Source of the DNA: a virus
Taxonomy: Duplodnaviria > Caudoviricetes
Virus record (IMG/VR): IMGVR_UViG_3300025676_000021
Coordinates: 1-58,127 of that record
DNA length: 58,127 nucleotides
Strand: one strand, 5' to 3'
Below are positions 18,179-28,068 of this stretch, one piece after another. The translations under genes and the position numbers were made by a program. How positions within the stretch are numbered: position 1 is the stretch's first letter; each line of letters begins with the position of its first letter. The notes under the pieces are model-generated. The model was not told the origin of the DNA. It was given only the letters and a program-made list of their open reading frames with translations, and did no database searches.

Positions 18179-19162
18179 ATGGCTACTGGATGGGGTAAGA
18201 AAACATGGGGTGCAGAATCTTGGGGAGACCTAAGCGATACCTCCGTTAACCTTAGTAGCCTATCATTAACAACATCAATTGGAACTGAAACAACATCTGC
18301 AAACGCTATTGTTTCAGTTTCAGGTATACAATTAACTTCTACTATTGTATCAGCAACAGCAGGGACTTCTGCTTTAGTTTTAGCTACTGGAAATTTAGAG
18401 TCTATGGCTGTTGGAAGTGTTTCAACACCTATTGGACAAGATGTTGCTGTATCTGGTTCACAATTAACTTCTACTTCAGGAACTGCAACAGTAGATGACA
18501 CAACTTTGACAGGAGAAGGTTGGGGTAGAGGTGAATGGGGAGAGTTTGCTTGGGGTGATAATTTTTCAGTTCAATTAACTGGTCTACAGGCTTCAGCAAC
18601 TTTTGGTAGTGATGTTACTGCATTTACAGATGTTACCGCTTCAGTTACAGGACAACAATTAACTGCTTCTTTCTCTCATCCATCTTTTTCAATTCAAATT
18701 GACCAAGATATATTTGTATTAGCTTCGGAAGATCAATTAGATGCGTTAACTACATCCTCTACAGTAACAGCAGATGCCAATGTAAGTGTAACAGGTATTC
18801 AAGCTACAATGTCTATAGGAACTGCTGTAGGTGGTCTTAAAACTCCAGTAGATGTTACAGGTATCCAAGCTACTATGACTTTGGGTTCTATAACCCTAAT
18901 TCAATCAACTAATGAATCGGTTACCGGACAACAGTTAACAATGGCTCTTGGACAGCACGCAGATATACCAGGTCAAATTATAGGTGTAGGAGGGTTACAA
19001 TTAACAAGCTCTATAGGATCTGTAACAGCAGAGGGTGCTGCAAACATTGATGTTACAGGCATACAATTGACAGCTTCTGTTGGAAGCCTTAATATAACAG
19101 CATGGGCAGAAGTAGATCCAGACGTAAGTAATACTTGGCGAGAGGTTGATCGAGCTGCTTAA
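18179..19162 (+). CDS. Repetitive virion fibre protein
   Basis: WG-x3-WG-x3-WG modules (two copies) and about ten V(T/S)GxQxT...G repeats. Confidence 0.65.
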   Translation: MATGWGKKTWGAESWGDLSDTSVNLSSLSLTTSIGTETTSANAIVSVSGIQLTSTIVSATAGTSALVLATGNLESMAVGSVSTPIGQDVAVSGSQLTSTSGTATVDDTTLTGEGWGRGEWGEFAWGDNFSVQLTGLQASATFGSDVTAFTDVTASVTGQQLTASFSHPSFSIQIDQDIFVLASEDQLDALTTSSTVTADANVSVTGIQATMSIGTAVGGLKTPVDVTGIQATMTLGSITLIQSTNESVTGQQLTMALGQHADIPGQIIGVGGLQLTSSIGSVTAEGAANIDVTGIQLTASVGSLNITAWAEVDPDVSNTWREVDRAA

Positions 19163-19200
19163 ATAAGGTAAAATTATAATTATTTAGGAGATAAAAATTT

Positions 19201-20385
19201 ATGACATCTAGTTATTCTACAGATTTAAAACTCGAACTAATGGTGACTGGCGAAAACGCTGGTACATGGGGAGATTTAACAAATACAAACTTAAATGTAA
19301 TTCAACAAGCAATCGCTGGTTTCGAACAAGTAACCTTATCAAGTGGTGGTACACTAGCACTTGTGATGTCAGACGGTGCGTTGTCAAACGCAAGAAACAT
19401 GGTAATTAAATTTGCTACAGCTTCAATTGCTGCTAGCACAATTTGTACAATTCCAGATTCAATAGAAAAATTTTATATTTTTGATGCAACGGGTTTGACT
19501 AATCCAACTAACCTTACAATTAAAACTGCATCAGGTACTGGATTTACTTTAGACCAAGCAAAAATTTACGCAGCATATTCTGATGGTACAAATTTAAATG
19601 AAATTTCATTAGACTCTTTAGGTGGCACTGTTGCTGCTGCAAATATTTCGGGCACGATTGCAACTTCGCAAATTGCAGATGATGCTGTGACTTCAGCAAA
19701 AATTGCTGACGATGCAATTACATCTGCCCTTATAGCAGATGATGCTGTTGGTGCGGATCAACTTGCTAACACTGCAGTAACTGCAGCATCTTATACTACA
19801 GCTAACATAACTGTAGATGCACAGGGAAGACTTACTGCTGCATCTAGTGGAGCAGGCGGAGACGGAAGTTATGTTCCAAGATTAATTGCAAATGGACCTG
19901 CTTCAGGTAACTTAACTACACCAGGTAATGCATCAAAATTTTACGCTTACGTTTTTTCAGGTGGTGGAGGAGGTGGCTCACCATCCAATAGTAGATCAGC
20001 TGGCAGTGGAGGAGCGGGTGTTACTGGATTTTTTTCAGGAAATGCAGCAGCTTCCACAACTTATGCTTACTCCGTAGGAGGAGCAGGAGCAGGGGGAAAT
20101 AGAAATCCTGTACCCTCAGGACAGTATGGAAACCCTGGAAGTGCTGGTGGTGCCTCGTCAATTACTGGTTTAGTTCCTGCAGTAGCTGGTGGTAACGGAG
20201 GCCAAGGAGCACCGGATGCCCACGGACCGGCTATGTCCCCTGGAAACCCTGGTGCGGCAAATCCCGCAGCGGATTTTACATTACCGTTTGGTTATTTAGC
20301 TGGAAACTCTATTGCGAACGCTGGTGGTAACTCAGCCTCTGGTGGTGCGGGTCATATAACATTTTTTGATGATGGGGGTCAATAA
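19201..20385 (+). CDS. Tail fibre / receptor-binding protein
   Basis: LELMVTGENAGTWG N-terminus, IADDAVTSAK repeats, ITVDAQGRLTAAS knot, Gly-rich C-terminal domain. Confidence 0.8.
   Translation: MTSSYSTDLKLELMVTGENAGTWGDLTNTNLNVIQQAIAGFEQVTLSSGGTLALVMSDGALSNARNMVIKFATASIAASTICTIPDSIEKFYIFDATGLTNPTNLTIKTASGTGFTLDQAKIYAAYSDGTNLNEISLDSLGGTVAAANISGTIATSQIADDAVTSAKIADDAITSALIADDAVGADQLANTAVTAASYTTANITVDAQGRLTAASSGAGGDGSYVPRLIANGPASGNLTTPGNASKFYAYVFSGGGGGGSPSNSRSAGSGGAGVTGFFSGNAAASTTYAYSVGGAGAGGNRNPVPSGQYGNPGSAGGASSITGLVPAVAGGNGGQGAPDAHGPAMSPGNPGAANPAADFTLPFGYLAGNSIANAGGNSASGGAGHITFFDDGGQ
19672..19788 (+). repeat. 30-nt (10-aa) degenerate tandem repeats in tail fibre
   Basis: IADDAVTSAK IADDAITSAL IADDAVGADQ LANTAVTAA. 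Confidence 0.8.
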
Positions 20386-20828
20386 TGGCTTACGTAATTG
20401 AATTAAACAACGAAGTAGTTAATTTTGCAGAAAACGAAACACAGAAAAATGATTTAATTCATTTTTTTCCACCCGCTGTATCTCATGAAATAAGTGATGA
20501 AAATTTTACTAAAATTAAAAAAAATTTAGCAGTAGTATCTGTTTCTGGGGGAGTTATATCAATAACAGAAAACGCTCAATACGCTACTGATGAGTTTGCG
20601 CCTGACGAAACTTCATTAAAACAATATCATAACGTATTAAAGGGACTACTAAAAGTTTATTTAAATGCTCATAACACTAGCCATTCAATTTATTCTGACG
20701 CACAGAGTTATTATAATACTTTAAATACTTTAGATTATTCAACATTAACTTTTCCTTTTATCGGGACTTGGGAAAAATATTGTGAAGATAACTCAATAAC
20801 TTATATACATACTTTACAAATACCTTAA
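20385..20828 (+). CDS. Hypothetical protein, possible tail fibre chaperone
   Basis: TAATG-coupled to the fibre gene; acidic 147 aa. Confidence 0.45.
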   Translation: MAYVIELNNEVVNFAENETQKNDLIHFFPPAVSHEISDENFTKIKKNLAVVSVSGGVISITENAQYATDEFAPDETSLKQYHNVLKGLLKVYLNAHNTSHSIYSDAQSYYNTLNTLDYSTLTFPFIGTWEKYCEDNSITYIHTLQIP

Positions 20829-20847
20829 TTAGTATACAAAATACTTA

Positions 20848-21597
20848 ATGTTTGAAAACGTTATTAAATTTAAGGCGTGTAAAGAATATGTTGAAAACAA
20901 CAAAGATATTTTTCCTGTACCGACAAAAACTAATATTCCGGAGTGGTTTAAAAAATTAGAGCACTCGGCTACAAATCAAACAATTAAGGGATGTATACCC
21001 TTTTTAGAAACTCTAACTTCAGGCTATCTACTAAAGATGCCAATAGATTATCTAATAGAACATAATGTGGATTTTAAGGATAAAAAACAAGCTGGTTTTA
21101 TGACTGGAATTTATCCAGATAATAATTTATCTAATAAGATAAATATTAACTATACTGATAGACCATCTTCACATCCAATTAAGCAATTAGGGGGTAGTCC
21201 TTTAGTTGATAAAAATAAAAAACTTCCTTTTCATAAAATATTAAATCCTTGGCAAATAGAAACCCCTCCTGGGTATTCAACTCTTTTTGTACCTCCTTTA
21301 AATAATTCAGATGATAGATTTTCTATAATTCCAGGTATTGTAGATACTGATTCTTTTGTTAACACTCATGAAATTAATTTTCCAATCGTAATAAATGGGG
21401 ACAAATACGAAACACTATGTTCAACAATTAAAAGAGGTACTCCTTATGTTCAATTAATTCCTTTCAAAAGAGATGATTGGAAGATGAAAATAGAAAACAC
21501 CGAGGATAATAAAATAAGTGTGAATAAATTTTTTCAAGTTAAACATGTTGTTCATAATTATAAAAAAGTTTTTTGGCGAAAAAAATCATGGAAATAA
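20848..21597 (+). CDS. DUF6065-like protein
   Basis: IPEWFK, TIKGCIPF..SGY, PWQIETPPGYSTLF, GIVDTD, IKRGTPYVQLIPFKR; family name recalled. Confidence 0.55.
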   Translation: MFENVIKFKACKEYVENNKDIFPVPTKTNIPEWFKKLEHSATNQTIKGCIPFLETLTSGYLLKMPIDYLIEHNVDFKDKKQAGFMTGIYPDNNLSNKININYTDRPSSHPIKQLGGSPLVDKNKKLPFHKILNPWQIETPPGYSTLFVPPLNNSDDRFSIIPGIVDTDSFVNTHEINFPIVINGDKYETLCSTIKRGTPYVQLIPFKRDDWKMKIENTEDNKISVNKFFQVKHVVHNYKKVFWRKKSWK

Positions 21598-22181
21598 GAG
21601 AAAGTGTATCAAACTACATAGTAACATTTGATAATGTAGTTCCAAATAAAGTATTAAATAGTTTTTATAAGTATTGTAAATATAATACTGATTTTACCAA
21701 GGCACAAATTATTGGCGAAAAAAAAGATAGATCCTCTGAAATAATTAATGAAAACGTTAGAAATGTTAGTAGTTTAAGATTAGATAAATATACTAATAGT
21801 CTTACTCAAATACATTGGGCTAATTTACTTAATTTTACTTTCTCTTATTTTATAAAAGAATACCAAATTATTTTAAATATGAACAATATTAGTTTTAAAA
21901 TTACAAATATAGATCTTTTAAAATACCAAAAAGAGGGACATTACAGTTTTCATGTTGATGATTGTGAAGGTTATCATAGAACTTTTAGTTGTATTCTACT
22001 TATTAATGATGAGTATGAAGGTGGTGATTTATTTTTTAAAAATGTAGTAACAAAAGAAATAACTAAAATTAATAAAGTTAAAAACAGAATTATTATATGG
22101 CCAAGTAATTTTTTATTTCCACATAAAATTTCACCAGTAACAAAAGGAGAAAGGTTTTCGGTGGTAGCATGGGCAGTATAG
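21573..22181 (+). CDS. Prolyl 4-hydroxylase-like 2OG-Fe(II) oxygenase
   Basis: FHVD, SCILLINDEYEGG, WPSNFLFPH..PVTKGERFS; start may be 21588. Confidence 0.88.
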   Translation: MAKKIMEIRESVSNYIVTFDNVVPNKVLNSFYKYCKYNTDFTKAQIIGEKKDRSSEIINENVRNVSSLRLDKYTNSLTQIHWANLLNFTFSYFIKEYQIILNMNNISFKITNIDLLKYQKEGHYSFHVDDCEGYHRTFSCILLINDEYEGGDLFFKNVVTKEITKINKVKNRIIIWPSNFLFPHKISPVTKGERFSVVAWAV

Positions 22182-22714
22182 GAAAAGACTTTAAATATAA
22201 AATAATAAAAAACTTTTTATCGAAAGACGAAAGGGATATATTAACAATATATTGTGAAATTAAACACAGAAATAACTTTAGTAGTTTTGATTTTGACCAA
22301 AGTAACAACGCAGACACTAGATACTATGGAGATGCTGTAATAGATTCATTATTAGTAAAAAAGAAAAAACTAATAGAAAGAGAATGTGGAAAAAACCTTT
22401 TAGGAACTTATTCTTTTTGGAGAGCTTATACTAGATTTGCTGATTTACCAAAGCACACAGATAGACCAGCTTGTGAAATAAGTGTAACAGTTAGTATTGG
22501 TGGGGATGATGTAAAGTGGCCTATTTTTATGGACGGTACTTCTATCAGCTTAGAAAAAGGAGATGCCGCACTTTATCTGGGTTGTGAAGTTTCTCATTGG
22601 AGAGAAGAATTTGAAGGTGATTGTCAGTTTCAATGTTTCCTACATTACGTAGATGCAGATGGTGAAAATAAACAACAGTATTTAGATAAAAGAAACAATT
22701 GGGGGCAGTCGTGA
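22169..22714 (+). CDS. 2OG-Fe(II) oxygenase-like protein
   Basis: LPKHTDRPACEISVT, GDAALYLG, HWRE, FLHY. Confidence 0.8.
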   Translation: MGSIGKDFKYKIIKNFLSKDERDILTIYCEIKHRNNFSSFDFDQSNNADTRYYGDAVIDSLLVKKKKLIERECGKNLLGTYSFWRAYTRFADLPKHTDRPACEISVTVSIGGDDVKWPIFMDGTSISLEKGDAALYLGCEVSHWREEFEGDCQFQCFLHYVDADGENKQQYLDKRNNWGQS

Positions 22715-22947
22715 AAATAACCCAAAACAAGGACGGTAGTGGAGAAATTAGTTTTACAGATCAAGAAATTGATATTTTACAAAAAAAGAAAAAACTTATT
22801 TTACCTCTTCCTTTTTTAAAGGATTTTATAAACCTATTTATGGGCTTATTTTTTGAAATGCATAAAAAAATGGATAAAGATTTAGTAAGGTCTACTACAC
22901 AAAAAGACAAAAATATAGATATAAACGAACCTAATAGTAAGGTTTAA
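22711..22947 (+). CDS. Hypothetical protein
   Basis: GTG start overlapping previous stop; MKITQNKDGSGEISF. Confidence 0.55.
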   Translation: MKITQNKDGSGEISFTDQEIDILQKKKKLILPLPFLKDFINLFMGLFFEMHKKMDKDLVRSTTQKDKNIDINEPNSKV

Positions 22948-22965
22948 TTGTTGATTGCATTGAGG

Positions 22966-22971
22966 TATAAT
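22966..22971 (+). promoter_or_regulatory. -10 box 5 nt upstream of ATG (possible leaderless transcript)
   Basis: TATAAT-AGCCT-ATG. Confidence 0.4.
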
Positions 22972-22976
22972 AGCCT

Positions 22977-25130
22977 ATGCCTTTAACAAAAGTACAAATA
23001 GCACCCGGATTCAACAAACAAGTAACTGAAACAGGCGCAGAAGGTCAATGGACTGATGGCGACTTTGTGAGGTTTCGATATGGGCTACCTGAAAAAATAG
23101 GTGGTTGGGAACAGCTTGTTAACGCATCTTTAGTAGGTGCAGCAAGAGAACAATTTATTTGGGCTGATTTAGACGGCAGAAGATATGCTGCAATAGGTAC
23201 AAATAAAGTTTTAATAATTTATTACGAGAGTTCCTTTTATGATATTACACCACTAGGGACAGCTATAACTGGATGCACATTTGATACTGTAAATACTTCA
23301 GCAACAGTTACCGTCAATAAGGCCGCACACACACTTCAACCAGGAGATTTATTTACATTTACTTCAGTAACTCCTCCAACAGGAGCAGGTTACAGTGCAT
23401 CAGATTTTGAAACAAATACTTTTCAAGTGGTCACTGTTCCAAATAGTGATACATTCACTATTACAATGGCTAGCGCAGCAGGGACCACGGTCAACGGAAG
23501 TGGATCTGCAACAGTCAATCCGTACATTAGTGCAGGTGCTTTAGGGTTTACTTATGGATTTGGTTGGGGAACAGGATTGTGGGGCGGAGGCCAACAAGTA
23601 TTTGGAACTCTTAACGGAGCTTTACTAGATGATACCGCAGGTACTGGAGGATCTGGGACTTCCATTACACTTGCATCAACAACTGGATTTCCAACTTCTG
23701 GAACAATAAAGGTTGGCGCTGAATTTATTTCTTATACTGGTATATCTACGAATGATCTTACAGGGATTACTAGAGCAACTGGAGGCACTAGATCTGCTCA
23801 TGCGTCTGGATCTGGTGTTGAATACTACACTGGTTGGGGACAAGCTTCTTTATCTTCTACATTAACAATAGATGCTGCCTCATGGTCTTTAGATAATTTT
23901 GGAGAAAAATTAATTGCTACTATTAAAAACGGTAAAACTTTTGAATGGAATCCTATTAACTCTAACCCAAATGCATTGACCACAAGAGCAACGGTTGTAA
24001 GTGGTGCACCAACAGCATCTGTTATGTCTTTAGTTTCAGATAGAGATAGACATTTACTTATGCTTGGAACTGAAACCACTATTGGAAGTAGTGGTACTCA
24101 AGATAAAATGTTTATAAGATTTTCTGATCAAGAAGATATAAGTGATTATACACCAACTTCAGTAAACACTGCTGGTACTTTTAGAATAGATGCTGGTACT
24201 AAAATAGTAGGAGCAGTAAAAGGAAAAGATTATACTTTAGTGCTTACGGATAATTCAGCATATGTAATTCAATTTGTTGGTCCCCCTTTTACTTTTTCAA
24301 TTAGACAAGTAGGTTCTAACTGTGGAGCGATAGGTCAACACTCTATTAAATACGTTAATGGTGCTGTCTATTGGATGGGAGAGTCTGGCGGCCTCTTTGT
24401 TTATGATGGTACTGTTAAATCTTTACCATGCAAAGTTGAAGATTTTGTGTTTACAAATAAAGGGGACAATCTTGGTATTAATTATGCTAATGGTGAATCA
24501 GTATACGTAGGCTTAAATCATTTATATGAAGAGCTTACTTGGTTTTATCCTAAAGCTGGATCCGATTTTAATGATAGATGCGTAACGTATAATTACCAAA
24601 GCGGAACTTGGACAACAGGTTCTTTAGCAAGGACTACATGGATAGATGCAAATTTATACGATGTTCCTTATGCAACTGAATTCACTTCAACAACCACACC
24701 AACTTTTCCTTTAATTCAGGGAGTAACAAGCATAAATGGTGGAACTATTTACTACGCTCATGAAACAGGAATTAATCAAGTTGATACCGCTGGGAATAAA
24801 ACAGCGATACTTGCCTTTATTGAATCAGGTGACTTTAGTTTAAACGTTGAGGGTGATGCTCAAGTATTTATGAGTATGAAAAGATTTGTCCCTGATTTTA
24901 AATTAATTGAAGGTAATGCACAAATTACAATACAGTTAAGAGACTTTCCTAGCGACAGCCAAGCTTCTTCACCTCTAGGACCATTTACAGTAACCTCAAC
25001 CACTGATAAGGTAGACACAAGAGCTAGAGCAAGATTTGCTAGTTTAAAAATTGCAAATACATCTACCGATCAAAATTGGAGATTTGGAACTTTTAGAGCT
25101 GATGTACAACCCGATGGTATGAGAGGATAA
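22977..25130 (+). CDS. Tail nozzle / packaged-DNA stabilisation protein (P22 gp10-like)
   Basis: VRFRYGLPEKIGGW, WSLDNFGE, FIRFSDQE, propeller-like repeats, RFVPDF, WRFG..R.D.PDG.R C-terminus. Confidence 0.75.
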   Translation: MPLTKVQIAPGFNKQVTETGAEGQWTDGDFVRFRYGLPEKIGGWEQLVNASLVGAAREQFIWADLDGRRYAAIGTNKVLIIYYESSFYDITPLGTAITGCTFDTVNTSATVTVNKAAHTLQPGDLFTFTSVTPPTGAGYSASDFETNTFQVVTVPNSDTFTITMASAAGTTVNGSGSATVNPYISAGALGFTYGFGWGTGLWGGGQQVFGTLNGALLDDTAGTGGSGTSITLASTTGFPTSGTIKVGAEFISYTGISTNDLTGITRATGGTRSAHASGSGVEYYTGWGQASLSSTLTIDAASWSLDNFGEKLIATIKNGKTFEWNPINSNPNALTTRATVVSGAPTASVMSLVSDRDRHLLMLGTETTIGSSGTQDKMFIRFSDQEDISDYTPTSVNTAGTFRIDAGTKIVGAVKGKDYTLVLTDNSAYVIQFVGPPFTFSIRQVGSNCGAIGQHSIKYVNGAVYWMGESGGLFVYDGTVKSLPCKVEDFVFTNKGDNLGINYANGESVYVGLNHLYEELTWFYPKAGSDFNDRCVTYNYQSGTWTTGSLARTTWIDANLYDVPYATEFTSTTTPTFPLIQGVTSINGGTIYYAHETGINQVDTAGNKTAILAFIESGDFSLNVEGDAQVFMSMKRFVPDFKLIEGNAQITIQLRDFPSDSQASSPLGPFTVTSTTDKVDTRARARFASLKIANTSTDQNWRFGTFRADVQPDGMRG

Positions 25131-25714
25131 TGGACGAAATATTTTTACAAGATTATGCTAACAATGTAGCACAAGCTCAAGATCCTTTTGGTATTGCGGC
25201 AGTACAATCACAACCAGGATTTGAAAACTATCAACCTAGTTTTGCAAACCAAGAGTTAGCTCCTATGGGCTTAACTGAACCTCAAGGAACACAACTACCA
25301 GACTTTAAGGAAATGGCAAAAAACGTAGCTGAAAATCAAGCTAAAAATTTTTTAATTAAAAAAATTGGTTTAGAGGGTATTCAAGGAAATATATTAAGCT
25401 CAGTCTTAGGGGCTAACCCTTACGTTCAAGGTATAGCAACTATAGGATCTGCCCTTACTGGCAATTCTTTGAATATGTCAAATATTTTAGCGCAAAAAAG
25501 AGCTGAAAAGAATTACGAAATGAATCAGAGAAGAATGCAAAATGAATTAAATAAACAACAAACACAAGAAATACAAAAAAGATTAGACGCACAACCTGTA
25601 TCAGATCAAGACAGAGGAAGAGGACAAACACGTTCGTCTCCAACACCTTCTGCTAGACAATCTAGACAATCTAGACAAACATCAGGGTCAGGTGGCTTAC
25701 ATAGTGGGTATTAA
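25130..25714 (+). CDS. Gln-rich hypothetical virion-module protein
   Basis: Coupled to nozzle gene; low-complexity tail ending SGSGGLHSGY. Confidence 0.55.
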   Translation: MDEIFLQDYANNVAQAQDPFGIAAVQSQPGFENYQPSFANQELAPMGLTEPQGTQLPDFKEMAKNVAENQAKNFLIKKIGLEGIQGNILSSVLGANPYVQGIATIGSALTGNSLNMSNILAQKRAEKNYEMNQRRMQNELNKQQTQEIQKRLDAQPVSDQDRGRGQTRSSPTPSARQSRQSRQTSGSGGLHSGY

Positions 25715-25878
25715 TGGCTAGAGTAGATATAGTAATTCCAGAGCCAAGCTCTACTTATTCACAAGAAAATCAAAGACAGGTAAGTCAGTCTTTACGAACG
25801 ATGCAAGATAAGTTAAATACTTCTTATCAACAAGAATTAAAAAATGAACAAGATGCATTTAATTATTTTTTATTATGA
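25714..25878 (+). CDS. Small coiled-coil tail protein, needle/plug-like (not in ORF track)
   Basis: MARVDIVIPEPSSTYSQENQRQVSQSLRTMQDKLNTSYQQELKNEQDAFNYFLL; coupled at both ends. Confidence 0.6.
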   Translation: MARVDIVIPEPSSTYSQENQRQVSQSLRTMQDKLNTSYQQELKNEQDAFNYFLL

Positions 25879-26210
25879 CAATTAGATACAAAAGCGATAC
25901 ATTTAGTTTGACTACAACAAACGTTACTACAGTTTTAACGTGCCCAGCAGATGCAACGGTGCTTGTTAAAAACTTACAAGCAGTTCATGATACAGCTAGC
26001 AATGTGGATACTTATGCCTTGCTGACAAAGTCCGGTGGTTCCGCTGTTAAAATAGCTTACAAAGAACTTAATAAAACTCAAGCTAACATGATAGAAGAAA
26101 CTTTATCTATGGAAGCAAGTGATGTTTTATCAATGCAAGCAGGAACAGCTAACGAAATAACAGGTGTTGTAAGTTATGCTCTTATAGACAGATCACAAGA
26201 AAATGGCTAG
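25875..26210 (+). CDS. Small beta-rich tail protein
   Basis: LTTTNVTTVLTCP...MEASDVL; tail module. Confidence 0.55.
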   Translation: MTIRYKSDTFSLTTTNVTTVLTCPADATVLVKNLQAVHDTASNVDTYALLTKSGGSAVKIAYKELNKTQANMIEETLSMEASDVLSMQAGTANEITGVVSYALIDRSQENG

Positions 26211-26340
26211 AAAATTTAAAGACTTTCGGGAAAGAGATAAGCCCAGTAAAAGACCTAGAAGACACTGTAAGTCACCAAATAAAAAAAAGAAATTGCAAAA
26301 TAATAAGAAGTATAATAGACAAGGGCGTAGACAAAAATAA
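26203..26340 (+). CDS. Basic microprotein, KKYxxQG type (not in ORF track)
   Basis: MARKFKDFRERDKPSKRPRRHCKSPNKKKKLQNNKKYNRQGRRQK. Confidence 0.65.
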   Translation: MARKFKDFRERDKPSKRPRRHCKSPNKKKKLQNNKKYNRQGRRQK

Positions 26341-26352
26341 CAGGAGAATTAA

Positions 26353-26550
26353 ATGAATGATTTACCTAAAATCCCTGCAGAAGCAAAAGAAATTATAAAA
26401 CATAAAAGAACAGGCAAAGTATATGTTAGTAAAACTGATTTTGATAATGATGTTGCTGATCCCAATACTGATACTACTGTGGATGACTTTAGACAAGACC
26501 TTGAAATCAAAGTTACTAAAGTTTCTATGGGTGCGCTAACAAAAAAATAA
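26353..26550 (+). CDS. Hypothetical protein
   Basis: AGGAG RBS; HKRTGKVY..DVADPNTDT. Confidence 0.65.
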   Translation: MNDLPKIPAEAKEIIKHKRTGKVYVSKTDFDNDVADPNTDTTVDDFRQDLEIKVTKVSMGALTKK

Positions 26551-27143
26551 TGATTAATATAATTGACGGTTTTTATGAACCTAACCATTTAGGATTAATA
26601 GTTTTAAATTTTGTAAATCTACATTTTGAAAGCAAACACCAACCTTTTGAAAGATACTTTGGTGGTGATAGAAAATTAGGCTATCCAGTTTACGAGACAG
26701 CTAAACTAGTTAAAGGTGGGGATTTAGCTCCCTATAATATATTTGCAGAAACATGGGAAAAAAAGTCTAAAATAAAACCCTTATATATAAATACATTTTT
26801 TAGAAAAACTAAATTATCTGAACTCAAAGAGTCACCTTCATGGAAGCAATATAAACCACATTGTGATCAAGAATATTTTGATATAGCTGGTTTATTATAT
26901 TTCAATTCATCCTTTCTTAAAGATGGAACTTATATTTTTAATGCTAAGCATGATTATGAACCAACTGTGATTGTGGGTTCAAAATATAATAGATGTGTTT
27001 GGTATAATCCTTCACTTCCTCACTCACCAACTATGGAACAAAAAGTAGAAGAAAGGTGGGTCCAACCTTTTTTTATAATACATAAGGAAGAAACATTAAA
27101 AAAATATCTAAACGAAGTAGGTATTAAAAAATATGAATCCTAG
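26550..27143 (+). CDS. 2OG-Fe(II) oxygenase-like protein
   Basis: IIDGFY, PHCD, AGLLYFN..GT, KYNRCVWY..PHS, ERWVQ. Confidence 0.7.
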   Translation: MINIIDGFYEPNHLGLIVLNFVNLHFESKHQPFERYFGGDRKLGYPVYETAKLVKGGDLAPYNIFAETWEKKSKIKPLYINTFFRKTKLSELKESPSWKQYKPHCDQEYFDIAGLLYFNSSFLKDGTYIFNAKHDYEPTVIVGSKYNRCVWYNPSLPHSPTMEQKVEERWVQPFFIIHKEETLKKYLNEVGIKKYES

Positions 27144-28068
27144 AGGCGCAACCGAAATACAAATGGAGATGCTGAATAAGTATGTCTCAAAGGATTTATT
27201 AGATCAAGTACAGATTTGTACTTCTATTCCTGGTAAAGTTCCCTTAGCTCCGGATAAACTTAATATTCTCTGGCAAAAAAATTCTTGGGACCAACCTAAC
27301 CTACAAAAGTTTTTTACCAATAAATCAAGAAATAAAGAATATGATTGGTACGTATTCAATAGTCATTGGAATTATGAGAAGTTTAGATATGCTTTCGATA
27401 TACCCACAGAAAAATCTGTAGTAATAAAAAATGGTATAGACAGTTTTCCAATTAGGAAGATATATAAAAGAGGAACTCCTATAAAATTAATACATCACTG
27501 CACTCCTTGGAGAGGTTTAAATGTTTTATTGCGTGCAATGCAAGAAGTTGAAAACCCTAATATAATGTTAGATGTGTACAGTTCTTGTAAAGTATATGGA
27601 TCTGAGTTTTCAGACACTACAGAAAAAGATTTTGAAGAGTTGTATGAACAAGCTAAACAATTACCTAACGTTAATTATATTGGTTACAAACCACATGAAT
27701 ATATAAAAGAAATGATGCCTAATTATGATATGTTTGTATACCCATCTATATTTGAAGAAACATCTTGTGCATCAGCACTAGAAGCTTTAGCATCAGGAGT
27801 ACATGTAATCACTAATAATTTTGGAGCTTTGTATGAAACTTGTGCAGAGTGGCCCGTATACATTAATTACTCAAAAAATTACGAACAGATGGCGGAGGAT
27901 ACAGGAGCAGCTATTAATGTAGCAGCATCTTATTTACATGAAAATTTTATGCAAGAACATCTGCAAGAACAACAAAACTTTTACAAAAGATTTTATAGCT
28001 GGGAAAAAAAGGGTATAGAGTGGACAAACTTTTTGAAAGGAGCTTTAAATGAAAGAAACAGTAAATGA
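27133..28068 (+). CDS. Glycosyltransferase, GT-B fold (GT4-like)
   Basis: PRGATE, TPWRGL, YPSIFEETSCASALEALASG (E-x7-E) motif. Confidence 0.88.
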   Translation: MNPRGATEIQMEMLNKYVSKDLLDQVQICTSIPGKVPLAPDKLNILWQKNSWDQPNLQKFFTNKSRNKEYDWYVFNSHWNYEKFRYAFDIPTEKSVVIKNGIDSFPIRKIYKRGTPIKLIHHCTPWRGLNVLLRAMQEVENPNIMLDVYSSCKVYGSEFSDTTEKDFEELYEQAKQLPNVNYIGYKPHEYIKEMMPNYDMFVYPSIFEETSCASALEALASGVHVITNNFGALYETCAEWPVYINYSKNYEQMAEDTGAAINVAASYLHENFMQEHLQEQQNFYKRFYSWEKKGIEWTNFLKGALNERNSK

